DNA of 64,000 nt from an uncultured Acidobacteriota bacterium (GTDB lineage: Bacteria > Acidobacteriota > Thermoanaerobaculia > Gp7-AA8 > JAHWKK01): the NCBI GenBank assembly GCA_963829355.1, contig CAWHHZ010000008.1, forward strand, positions 97,075-161,074, read 5' to 3'. Every line of letters starts with the position of its first letter. The first letter of the stretch is position 1. The translations under genes and the position numbers were made by a program. The notes beneath the pieces were generated by a model. It did not search any database. It saw only the letters and a list, made by a program, of their open reading frames with translations, and was not told the origin of the DNA. This document shows positions 29,779 through 38,516 of this stretch, piece after piece.

Positions 29779-29911
29779 GTCATCCTGAGCCGCCGGATCC
29801 CGCGAAGCGGGAGGAGGACGGTCGAAGGATCTCGTGGAGCCTACCGGCCCGAAGTTCGGCTCCAGTCAGGACGTACCCGATCCTTCCCCCGCGGAGCGGG
29901 GTCAGGATGAC
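29779..29911. repeat. nested inverted-repeat intergenic element, type A (GTCATCCTGAGC...CAGGATGAC)
   Basis: Terminal inverted repeats plus the internal 'CCCGCGAAGCGGGAGGAGG' motif shared with the copy at 42441. Confidence 0.7.
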
Positions 29912-30061
29912 AGTCCCTCTTGTTTCCAGTCATTTACGAAGAGGTTCATTAGAAGCGGCGTCATTCCCTCGTTCAAAATGACAGCCTGCTGACCCGGGTC
30001 ACGGTCAATCGGCGGGACGCCGACTGACATCGGGCGGGGACGCCCGACCCACACAGAGGCA

Positions 30062-30097
30062 CAAAAAAGGCCCCGGCGACTTCTCGTCGCCGGGGCC
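30062..30097 (-). terminator. rho-independent terminator of the TonB-dependent receptor gene
   Basis: GGCCCCGGCGAC-TTCT-CGTCGCCGGGGCC hairpin followed by T6 on the minus strand, about 30 nt past the stop at 30128. Confidence 0.7.
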
Positions 30098-30127
30098 GGT
30101 GTGGCTTACATCAGACTACTGGTCGAA

Positions 30128-33085
30128 TCAGAACCGCAGGCCGGCGGAGAACTGATACGTCCGCGGCTGCTGGTAGGAAAGCGAACTGGTGGCTTCACCG
30201 AAGCTCGCCCTCTTCTCCCAGTTGACGCCTTCAACTGGCGTCTCGGTGTAGGGGTTGAAGTCTTCGAGAACGCGGACACTCGTGCTTCCGGCGATCTGCG
30301 CCGACTCGTCGAACACGTTGATCACTTCACCCTGGATGAACAGGTCGAACTGACTGATGTTGAACACCCAGTTGAGGGCCAGGTCAGTCGCGCTCAGGTC
30401 ATCCCAGCGGTACTCGCCACGATCGCTGAAGAAGTAGGTCAGCGTGGACGGGCTCTGCTGGTACCCAGGGTTGTCGATGTAAGAACCGACATCGACGTTG
30501 GCGGACGCAGAGTACGGCGAGCCTGACTCGAAGCGCTCCATCACAGTGATGTTGAGGCTGCCGAGTGCGCCCAGCGGCTGGTCGTACGAAGCCCAGAGAC
30601 GGGCCTTGTGCGTCTGGTCCGTGAGGAGCAGACCGACCGGGTTGTGCTGCGCGAAGTTGCGGTACTCGACATACGTGTTCGTGTTGTCGGGACCCGGGCC
30701 GCTTCCACGTGTTTCACCTTCGGTATTTCCCTTGGTCTCGGACCAGGTGTAGTTGCCACCGAGGTTGAACTGCGGCATGACGCGATACATCGCCTGAAGC
30801 TGGACTGCCTGATACGTACGCGTCAGGTCGTTGGTGTTGCCGTATGTGACGATATCGAGGTCTCCGATGACCGGATCGCTGATGGAGTCACCAGGAGTCG
30901 TGTAGGTGGAGTAGAAGTCCGACCAGTCACGATCGATGAAATCGGCGCGGAAGAAGCCCTTCGTACCGATCTGCGTTCCGAAGCCGACAGTGAACTCGTC
31001 GGTGCTGGGCGAGAGGAGCTCACCGGTGAAACGCTGGTTGACTCCCGGGACGCCGGCAAAGAAGAGATGGCTGAGATTCTCGTAGCCGCAGTTGCCTGCA
31101 CCGTCACAGTCGTTGAGGAACCATGTGTAGACCTGCTCGAGAACATCGAACGGTCCAAGACCGCTGTTCTCTCCACCGACTTCAGGTCCTGCATACTCGA
31201 ACAGGAAGTAGGCCGGGTTTCCACCACCACCAGCGCCACCGACGGTCTCCTGAATGCGGGAGACGTACTTGCTGTAGCTGGCGTTGACGCGATAGCGACC
31301 GTCGCCGCCGATGTCGTAGATCAGTCCGAGACGCGGACTGACGTTCGAGTCCTTCGAGATCTGGTTTCCAGCGCTGTCGACACCGTCGTTCTTGTCATAG
31401 CGAAGGCCGAGGTTGAAGCTCCACTGGTTGCTGAGGTCCCACTTGTCGTTGATGAACAGTGAATCCGTTACGAAGTCAGATCCCTCGGAGAGCGTGAGGA
31501 TCGGGCTCCAGAAGATCGTGTCGCCAGGCGCCACCACCGGACGAAGCTCGCCGTTGGCGGTTCTGGTCGGTTCAATACCGCTGTAGGTGTAGACCTGGAT
31601 GTTCGCTCCCGACTGATAGTTGTTCGAGAGACGCGACTCGGCGAAGTTCTCGTAGCCGGCCACGATGTTGTGCGAGCCGAGGCCCGACGTTGCCAGGTAG
31701 TACGTACCCTTGAGGTTGTAGTACTCGTTTTCGCGAGACTCGTCATCACAGACGCCGCAGAAAATCGGCGCGCCCCAGGCTCCACCATAGGTGTAATCGT
31801 AGGCCCAGCTTCCGAGGGCGAGATCATGCGGATCGTTGAGATCCTGCGTGACGTAGTCGCCGCCGCTGCCGGAGAACACGAGGTCACGAGTGGAGTAACC
31901 GGCCTCGACGAGGAAGTTGCTCGAGAGAACACCGCTGTAGTTCGCGGTGATCATCTCGCGCGGGAGCTGACGGCCGTTGAGATCCATCGTCTCGAGGTTC
32001 CAGCAGCCGAACGCGCAATGAGGAGTCTGATCGACCGTGTAGTCGAGATACGATCCGACGAGGCTGTGGTTCTGGGTGAGCTGCCCCGTCAACTTGATCT
32101 CGTAACGCTCGTCAGTTTCGACGGTCGTCGGACGAGGAATCGTGGAGTTCGTGAAGAAGCCGGTGATGTCCTGCTCGAAGTAACGGCCTGCGGTGAAGAA
32201 CCACAGACGATCACGGACGACGTAACCACCGAGGGTGGCTTCGTAGACCTCGTTGAGGGAGCTGTCCTGCTGCGGCTCTCCAAACGGGGTCGTTTCGTCC
32301 CAAGAAGGGTCGGTGAAACTGTCGCGGAAGCTTCCCGAGAACTCGTTTCCACCCGACTTGGTGATCGCCGAGACGACGCCACCCGTGAAGCGGCCGAACT
32401 CTGCCGAGATCGCTCCACTCATGACCGAGGTCTCTTCGATCGCGTCCTCGATGAACAGGTTGTCGGTCTGCCCACGAACGTTCTCGTTGGTCACGGCACC
32501 GTTGACGAGGAACAGAGAGTCGAACGACATCGCACCGGAGATCGTGATGTTACCGCCCGGTCCGGTGGTCGTGACGCCAGGGGCCATGTTGGTGATGGCC
32601 TGAACGGTACGACCGATCGGAAGCTCTTCGACGATCTGTTCGGTGTAGTTGGACTGGATCTCGGTGGTCTCGATCACTGCCGGCGCTGCTGCAGTGACCG
32701 TGATGGACGAGGTCACCGCGGTGAGCTGCATATCCGCGTTGACGCGCTCCGACGCATTGAGTGCGACACGAGTCGTCCTGACTACCGGGGCCATTCCTTC
32801 CATCTCGAAGGTGACGGTGTAATTTCCAGGCGGAATCGACGGGAAGATGTAACTACCGTTGACGTCCGTGGACGTTACTCGTACACCCTGAAGACTGGGT
32901 GAGCTGATCGTGACCGTCACGCCCGGCAGATTCTCTCCGCCGTGCTCGACGCGTCCGCCCAGCGAGCTTGTGGTTCCCTGCGCGAACACCGTACCGGTGA
33001 CGAGCAGAAGCGCCACAATCACTACTGAAAAACGCTTCAAACTACTCATTAAAACCTCCTGTGAACGTTTAAAATCATCAGACAC
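30128..33085 (-). CDS. TonB-dependent receptor-like outer-membrane protein with N-terminal carboxypeptidase-regulatory-like domain
   Basis: 985 aa. The probable start is Met13 (33048), preceded by AGGAGG. Signal peptide, 'CarbopepD_reg'-like 'GGRVEHGGENLPGVTVTISSP...TDVNGSYIFPSIPPGNYTVTF', a long beta-barrel region and a C-terminal '...AGLRF'. Confidence 0.7.
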   Translation of the reverse strand: MSDDFKRSQEVLMSSLKRFSVVIVALLLVTGTVFAQGTTSSLGGRVEHGGENLPGVTVTISSPSLQGVRVTSTDVNGSYIFPSIPPGNYTVTFEMEGMAPVVRTTRVALNASERVNADMQLTAVTSSITVTAAAPAVIETTEIQSNYTEQIVEELPIGRTVQAITNMAPGVTTTGPGGNITISGAMSFDSLFLVNGAVTNENVRGQTDNLFIEDAIEETSVMSGAISAEFGRFTGGVVSAITKSGGNEFSGSFRDSFTDPSWDETTPFGEPQQDSSLNEVYEATLGGYVVRDRLWFFTAGRYFEQDITGFFTNSTIPRPTTVETDERYEIKLTGQLTQNHSLVGSYLDYTVDQTPHCAFGCWNLETMDLNGRQLPREMITANYSGVLSSNFLVEAGYSTRDLVFSGSGGDYVTQDLNDPHDLALGSWAYDYTYGGAWGAPIFCGVCDDESRENEYYNLKGTYYLATSGLGSHNIVAGYENFAESRLSNNYQSGANIQVYTYSGIEPTRTANGELRPVVAPGDTIFWSPILTLSEGSDFVTDSLFINDKWDLSNQWSFNLGLRYDKNDGVDSAGNQISKDSNVSPRLGLIYDIGGDGRYRVNASYSKYVSRIQETVGGAGGGGNPAYFLFEYAGPEVGGENSGLGPFDVLEQVYTWFLNDCDGAGNCGYENLSHLFFAGVPGVNQRFTGELLSPSTDEFTVGFGTQIGTKGFFRADFIDRDWSDFYSTYTTPGDSISDPVIGDLDIVTYGNTNDLTRTYQAVQLQAMYRVMPQFNLGGNYTWSETKGNTEGETRGSGPGPDNTNTYVEYRNFAQHNPVGLLLTDQTHKARLWASYDQPLGALGSLNITVMERFESGSPYSASANVDVGSYIDNPGYQQSPSTLTYFFSDRGEYRWDDLSATDLALNWVFNISQFDLFIQGEVINVFDESAQIAGSTSVRVLEDFNPYTETPVEGVNWEKRASFGEATSSLSYQQPRTYQFSAGLRF

Positions 33086-33202
33086 TGTTCTGCAACACCG
33101 CTATGCACATCAGCACGCATCCTGCCGGAGTGCCAGCAGCGCACAACTCTTTGTACTGCTTACGTTTAGACCGTTTTGTTACCGTTATTGGACCAGTCGC
33201 CG

Positions 33203-33218
33203 ATTCAAGATCTTGAAT
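33203..33218. promoter_or_regulatory. perfect 16-bp palindrome ATTCAAGATCTTGAAT in the long leader upstream of the TonB-dependent receptor gene
   Basis: Read directly. It lies in a roughly 600-bp comparatively AT-rich non-coding region (33090-33660). Confidence 0.4.
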
Positions 33219-33664
33219 GTGACACCGGAATCGGCACGGGAAAAACCCCGGATCGGGTCGAGGAACGGAATCTCGCGGCCTGTCTCAACCCGATTATGTC
33301 ACAGAATCGTGAACGGAAAACAAGGGCATCGATCAGACGGCGTCGAAATTCGGGGAGTTGTCCGGAAGTCAAGGGCGCGAGAAAGGCTAAGCAGCGCAAT
33401 CGTGTTACGGAACGGTAAACGCTCTCCTCCTTACCGGTTTTCGGAAGGGAAATTCAAACTGCCGAATTCGGGACCGCGAAATCGAGCAGAAAACGAGCCT
33501 CTGGTGACACTTCCGTCAAAGAGCTTCTACAAACAAAGGTCCATGGTGCGCGCGCGGCAGTCCGTGTGGACACCATCCTGCCGACTCCATCGGTTCGAAC
33601 GCCGCCAACAACAGGACCAGCCGAAGCTCGCCGTACAAGGAACAGGGCGCGCCGTCCGTCAATC

Positions 33665-33964
33665 CTAGTTGCCGCCCGGCAATGAAGGCGTTTCCTGAAC
33701 CGCACGTGATGCAGGAGGGATCTCACCGTATGAAGCCGCTGCCGCGCCGTGCTGGATATCGGCAGGAGCTGCGTCCTGGGCGACGTCCATGACCTCGGGC
33801 TCACCAATCGGTATGTCATCGGCAATGGAGTTATCTTCCTCCAGCTCCGTGCCGACGATCGGAGCCTCGTTGGCTGCGGCCTCTCTGATGGCAGGACCCT
33901 CTTCCTCGCAAGCCACGACGGCGACGGCCAACATCACTACCAGAAAGACTGATGATCTCTGCAT
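33665..33964 (-). CDS. small acidic lipoprotein (hypothetical)
   Basis: The internal start gives 'MQRSSVFLVVMLAVAVVAC' (lipobox-like), then an acidic, low-complexity sequence. Confidence 0.3.
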   Translation of the reverse strand: MQRSSVFLVVMLAVAVVACEEEGPAIREAAANEAPIVGTELEEDNSIADDIPIGEPEVMDVAQDAAPADIQHGAAAASYGEIPPASRAVQETPSLPGGN

Positions 33965-34259
33965 TCGCTGCCTCCTGCGGCTGGGAGTGCAAGCTCCACG
34001 CAAGGGCTGGTTCTCTTGATGCGGAGGAACACGGGGTCGCGTCGCAAATCACCCGACCGGCTCCTCTCTTCCACGGAAACAGAGACGGCCTTCGCGGCGC
34101 GGTCGCCACATTGCGGATCTGCGGCGTGGCAGCTGCCGATGCTGCCTCGACATGAGTTCGAAGAAACTGTCATTCCGAAGGAGCAGCTTCATCGCGACTG
34201 AGGAATCTGGCGGGGGGCCAGCCGCTTCCCCCGGAGGCCCGCTGCTCTGCCCCGGTGCA

Positions 34260-34358
34260 GTCATCCTGAGCGCCAGCGAAGGATCGCGTACGGCTGACTC
34301 TACGGAAAGTACGTGGCAGTCGGGACGCACCCGATCCTTCACAGCCTCTCAGGATGAC
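34260..34358. repeat. nested inverted-repeat element, type A (short version)
   Basis: GTCATCCTGAGCGCC ... CTCAGGATGAC with the internal CGAAGGATCGCGTACG core. Confidence 0.7.
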
Positions 34359-34703
34359 TGCACTTTCGTGGTCGCTGTCGAGGAACCCACTCCCTCCATT
34401 ACACTTCACCCGTGAGCTCTCGTGTGGAAGTGGCTGCCCGTCTGATCTGCGCTGCCCGGCGTCTGGTGGTCGTGACCGGTGCGGAGATCAGCGTCGCGAG
34501 TGGACTGCCGATGTTCGTCGGGACGTCGTATTCGGTCGGGATCACAGCCCTGGCGCTCGACGCTGCCCGAATGCTCTCGATTCCCGTCACTTCAATCGAT
34601 CCCGCGGGCAACGCGCCACCCGGGGCGATCAGCATCGAGCTGAACGCCGAGGACGCACTACCGCGAATCGTCCAAGAATGTCATTGAACCGAAAGCGGTT
34701 CAG

Positions 34704-35291
34704 ATGATGAGACAAAGAAAGGCGGTTCTCATGAAACTTCGAAATGTCATCGTTCCCTTATTCATCCTGCTTCTTCTCTCAACGCCGGCTTTTGCCGGAG
34801 AGCTGGCCGGTATCAAGATGCCGGAGCAGATCTCCGTGGGCGGGAAGGCACTCGAGCTCTCCGGGATGGGCCTTCGTAAGAAGCTCTTCTTCAAGGTGTA
34901 CGTTGCGGGACTCTACCTCCAGAACCCAACGAGTGACGCGGGAACCGTCGTCAGCTCCGACCAGATCAAGCAGGTCAACATGGTCATGATGCGCGACCTC
35001 GGGCGCAGCAAGATCACCGAAGCGGTCGAGGCCGGTTTCGAGAAGAACAACGCCGCGCAGATGCCGAAACTCCGGCAGCGTCTCGACAAGTTCAACGCAG
35101 GAATCCTCGACCTCGAGGAAGGTGATCACCTCACGATCACTTATCTCCCCGGTACCGGAACCGTTCTCGAAGGAAAAGGGAACGAGCGCCTCGTCATCGA
35201 AGGAAAAGACTTCGGCGACGCTCTCTTCTCGGTCTGGTTCGGCCAGCACCCGGTCGACGAGAACCTGAAAAGCGAGATGCTGGGGAGCTAG
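34704..35291 (+). CDS. chalcone-isomerase-like periplasmic protein
   Basis: Signal peptide, then 'KKLFFKVYVAGLYL', the characteristic CHI-like fold signature. Confidence 0.5.
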   Translation: MMRQRKAVLMKLRNVIVPLFILLLLSTPAFAGELAGIKMPEQISVGGKALELSGMGLRKKLFFKVYVAGLYLQNPTSDAGTVVSSDQIKQVNMVMMRDLGRSKITEAVEAGFEKNNAAQMPKLRQRLDKFNAGILDLEEGDHLTITYLPGTGTVLEGKGNERLVIEGKDFGDALFSVWFGQHPVDENLKSEMLGS

Positions 35292-35296
35292 AGCGG

Positions 35297-35333
35297 GGTT
35301 CAGAGGTTCAGGGTTCAGGGGTTCAGGGGTTCA
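35297..35333. repeat. (GGTTCAG)x5 heptamer array
   Basis: Direct reading, immediately after the stop codon at 35291. Confidence 0.85.
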
Positions 35334-35343
35334 ACTGAAAACG

Positions 35344-35485
35344 GTGGACGGGGAGGACGGGCGTGGACCCGGGTGGACGGAGTGGACAGAGACGTGGACG
35401 AAAGACTGGAAATGTCGCAGTGCCCATGGTCCACGTTTTTGTCCACGTCTCTGTCCACCCACGTCCACGCGTCCACGCCAGTCCA
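35344..35485. repeat. inverted arrays of GTGGAC (left) and GTCCAC (right) hexamer repeats, forming a roughly 55-bp imperfect long hairpin between convergent genes
   Basis: For example, GTGGACAGAGACGTGGACG (left) is the exact reverse complement of CGTCCACGTCTCTGTCCAC (right). Likely a bidirectional terminator built from repeats. Confidence 0.75.
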
Positions 35486-35506
35486 CGAGTTTGAGCTCTT
35501 GAACCC

Positions 35507-36682
35507 TCAGCGTGCGTCGTACTCGAGTGCGAGGAGCGCGAGATCGTCCTCGAGCTCGAGCGTTCCACGGTGGGCGTCGAGAGCGTCAACGACGCTGGGA
35601 CACGCGAGATCAAACTTTTCTTCTCGGGTCGACTCTGCCGCCTTGACGAGCCCCTCGATGCCGAACGGCTCTCCCGAGGAGTCAGCCTGCTCGATCAGAC
35701 CATCGGTGTAGAGGAAGAGGCGGTCGCCGCGGTCGAGGGTGATCCTCATCTCCTCGCTCTCCGGGCGTCTTCCGACCCCGACCGGCGGCCCTCCAGCCTC
35801 GAGCAGCTCGAACGTATCCTTCCGCAACAACACGGGAGGTGGGTGTCCGGCGTTCGCGTACACCACCTCACCACTCGCCGGATCGATCATCAGGAGCACG
35901 ATCGTGAAATACCTGTTGAACCGGCTCATCGGAAACTGGTCTTCGAGAGAACGAACGACCGCCTCGGGGGACGGCGCGTGAGAGCGGTCCAGAATGAATG
36001 CCGAGTGGAGCTCCTGAAGGATCGCCTGCGCGACTGAGATGGTCACGAGCGCGGGAGGGACTCCGTGACCTGCGACGTCGACCAGATACATCGCCCACCA
36101 CCCGTTCCCGACCGGGGCAACATTGAAGATGTCGCCCCCTATGTGCGTCGAGGGCGTGAACTCCCATCTGATCGCGAAACCCGGGATCGACAGCCCTGGC
36201 TGAGGAAGAAACGTCTGCTGCACCATGCCCGCGGAGCGCAGATCCTCTTCGAGCATCTCCTGCTTTTCGGTCAGATCCCGGTTCGCATCGGTGAGCGACT
36301 GTGTCAGTTGCCGGATACGAAGCTGCGTCTTCACCCGCGCGAGCACTTCCTCGCGTTTGAACGGCTTCGTGACGTAGTCGGCAGCTCCGAGATCGAGGCC
36401 GCGTACCTTCGACGGAGTGTCGTCGAGTGCCGTGATGAAGATGACCGGCAGGTCCTCGTAGTCATCCTGCGCCTTGATCCAGCGACAAAGACCGAAACCG
36501 TCGAGCGCCCCCGGGAGCATCACGTCGAGCAGCACCAGATCCACTTTCGTTGATCGAATCCACTTGAGCGCCTCGGAGGCGTCTGCGGCCTCGACGATCG
36601 AATAGCCCGCCGCGGTCACAATCTCGACGAGCGCCTTCCGATTTGCGGCAACATCCTCGACGATCAGGATCTGCTGACTCAT
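35507..36682 (-). CDS. response-regulator receiver fused to PP2C/SpoIIE-type serine phosphatase (RsbU-like)
   Basis: Receiver 'ILIVEDVAANRKALVEIV...VDLVLLDVMLPG', then a PP2C core 'GGDIFNV...YLVDVAGHG...LFLYTDGLIE'. Confidence 0.8.
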   Translation of the reverse strand: MSQQILIVEDVAANRKALVEIVTAAGYSIVEAADASEALKWIRSTKVDLVLLDVMLPGALDGFGLCRWIKAQDDYEDLPVIFITALDDTPSKVRGLDLGAADYVTKPFKREEVLARVKTQLRIRQLTQSLTDANRDLTEKQEMLEEDLRSAGMVQQTFLPQPGLSIPGFAIRWEFTPSTHIGGDIFNVAPVGNGWWAMYLVDVAGHGVPPALVTISVAQAILQELHSAFILDRSHAPSPEAVVRSLEDQFPMSRFNRYFTIVLLMIDPASGEVVYANAGHPPPVLLRKDTFELLEAGGPPVGVGRRPESEEMRITLDRGDRLFLYTDGLIEQADSSGEPFGIEGLVKAAESTREEKFDLACPSVVDALDAHRGTLELEDDLALLALEYDAR

Positions 36683-38196
36683 CCGCGCGAGTCCTCCGCG
36701 AGATGTGCGTCGCGAAGAAGATCGAACACCGTCTTGACGGGAGCAAACGTGAAGGCGGGCAGCTCGACAAAAATCGAGTTCCAGCCTGCCATCGCACCGT
36801 TCCAGAGTCCCGGATGCTCGAGGGCACGCAGCTCTCTGCCCTCGTGCGTCTTCTGCGCGACGAAGGCGGCATCATGATCGACGAACTTCGCCAGATCGTA
36901 CGGCTCCCCCTTCGGGTCCCGCACTGCACATGCGATGGCGACCGGATTGAAGTGGGTGGATGAGCCGAAGATCTTCCTCTGCTTCGAATCATCCATGTCG
37001 ATCTGCGACGACTCGACGATCTGGAGCGATTCCGATCCATCACGACCACGTACCCAGAACGGAGCCCCGCCCGGCTCTCCTTCGTTTCTCACGACGGCGC
37101 AAACACGCAGCGGATGCTGGAGAGCGTCACGGACGTGTCGTTTCATTGCTTCGACGTCATCGCGATCCCCTCGCCACGGGCGCCCGAATGTCTCGCTCAC
37201 AAACGCCAGTGCGCGCGTCACCGCCGTATCGCCATCCTCGTCGATCGAGCGGAGCGCATTGCGAACGCGATCCTCGACACGACCCAGGTAGCCGATCAGT
37301 ACCTGATACCAGCGAGCGACGGCTTCATGAGCGTGCTGCGGTCTCACGTTATCGATGTTCTTGATGAAGACGACATCGCCGTCGAGGCGACTGAGATTTC
37401 GCAACAGAGCGCCGTGCCCTCCCGGACGGAACAGAAGCCGCCTCTCATCAGTGCGAAACGGGTCCCCGGCCGGCGTGATGGCGAGAGTATCGGTGGAAGG
37501 ATGCTGAACGGAGAAGGAGACGCGCGGTGTCAGACCGCTCTCCTGCTCCACTTCGACCGCGACACGCTTTTCCTCGATCGAAAAGCGACCGAGATCACTC
37601 TGCGGAACGGTGAAATGGAGAGACATTTCACGGCCGTCTCCGAGAAACGTGACCCCTTCGCGAATCTGTTCTTCAAACGCGGTTCGCGCCTCGTCGCCGT
37701 ACCGGTGAAAGAGAATCAGCCCCTTCGCGAGGTCCGCATATCCGAGACCATCAGAAGTGAGGAGAAGCCGGATGATCGTCCGCTTCTCCTCATCGGAAAG
37801 GCCGGATTCGAAGGAGATGCCCTCCTGTAGCGTCCGCTCCTCGAGGTACCCAGCGAATGGAAACTCATCCAGATTGTCGATGAAGCGCTGCGGCGCGCCT
37901 GCGAGTGATTGGGATGGCTCGAGCGCCGGCATCAGCTCCGAGAACATTCTCGTTGCGGCTCCGGAAGCGGGAACGAACTTCTGCAACCGGCCTTTCCTGG
38001 CCATTTCCCCGGCTTTCTCGACGAGACTGTCCATCTCGGACTCCTCGATGATGACGATGCCGTCTCCCGCCGTCGCCGGACGGACGAGCTCCACACTGCT
38101 CGACGGTCGCCGCAGAAGATCGAGCTGACGTTCTGCTTCCTCCACCGTGATCTCCCGTCGTTCGAGCTCTTCCCTGTCGTGTTCGTTCCAGTCCAT
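36679..38196 (-). CDS. DUF4301-like protein with UDPGP-type nucleotidyltransferase motifs
   Basis: 505 aa. 'FVPASGAATRMF' (cf. LNGGLGTxMG), 'PGGHGALL' (cf. PxGHGD) and 'KNIDNV'. ATGA overlap with the RR-PP2C gene. Confidence 0.4.
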   Translation of the reverse strand: MDWNEHDREELERREITVEEAERQLDLLRRPSSSVELVRPATAGDGIVIIEESEMDSLVEKAGEMARKGRLQKFVPASGAATRMFSELMPALEPSQSLAGAPQRFIDNLDEFPFAGYLEERTLQEGISFESGLSDEEKRTIIRLLLTSDGLGYADLAKGLILFHRYGDEARTAFEEQIREGVTFLGDGREMSLHFTVPQSDLGRFSIEEKRVAVEVEQESGLTPRVSFSVQHPSTDTLAITPAGDPFRTDERRLLFRPGGHGALLRNLSRLDGDVVFIKNIDNVRPQHAHEAVARWYQVLIGYLGRVEDRVRNALRSIDEDGDTAVTRALAFVSETFGRPWRGDRDDVEAMKRHVRDALQHPLRVCAVVRNEGEPGGAPFWVRGRDGSESLQIVESSQIDMDDSKQRKIFGSSTHFNPVAIACAVRDPKGEPYDLAKFVDHDAAFVAQKTHEGRELRALEHPGLWNGAMAGWNSIFVELPAFTFAPVKTVFDLLRDAHLAEDSRG

Positions 38197-38336
38197 CTAC
38201 CATCTCCGTTCGATCCGCGCTGTTCGCCAGCGGTCATCCGCGATTCACAATTTACAGAGAGCATCGTGGATTCACAAAATGATCCCGGCCGTCAGACTCC
38301 CCACTTCAACTACAAGTTACTGAAAGATGATGACCT

Positions 38337-38450
38337 GTCATCCTGAGCCGCCGGAGCGCAGCGGAGGACGGTCGAAGGATCGCGTACGGCCCGACTCTCA
38401 GCCCGGAAAGTACGCGACAGTCAGGCCTTACGCGATTCGCTCAGGATGAC
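38337..38450. repeat. nested inverted-repeat element, type A
   Basis: GTCATCCTGAGCCGCC ... GCTCAGGATGAC. The inner perfect inverted repeat is CGAAGGATCGCGTACG / CGTAAGGCCTGACTG-like. Confidence 0.7.
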
Positions 38451-38516
38451 TGTCGCTTCTGCAATCGCTCCTGTCTCCGCGCGGCTCGTGAATTCTTCGT
38501 TACGGAGGACGCTCCG

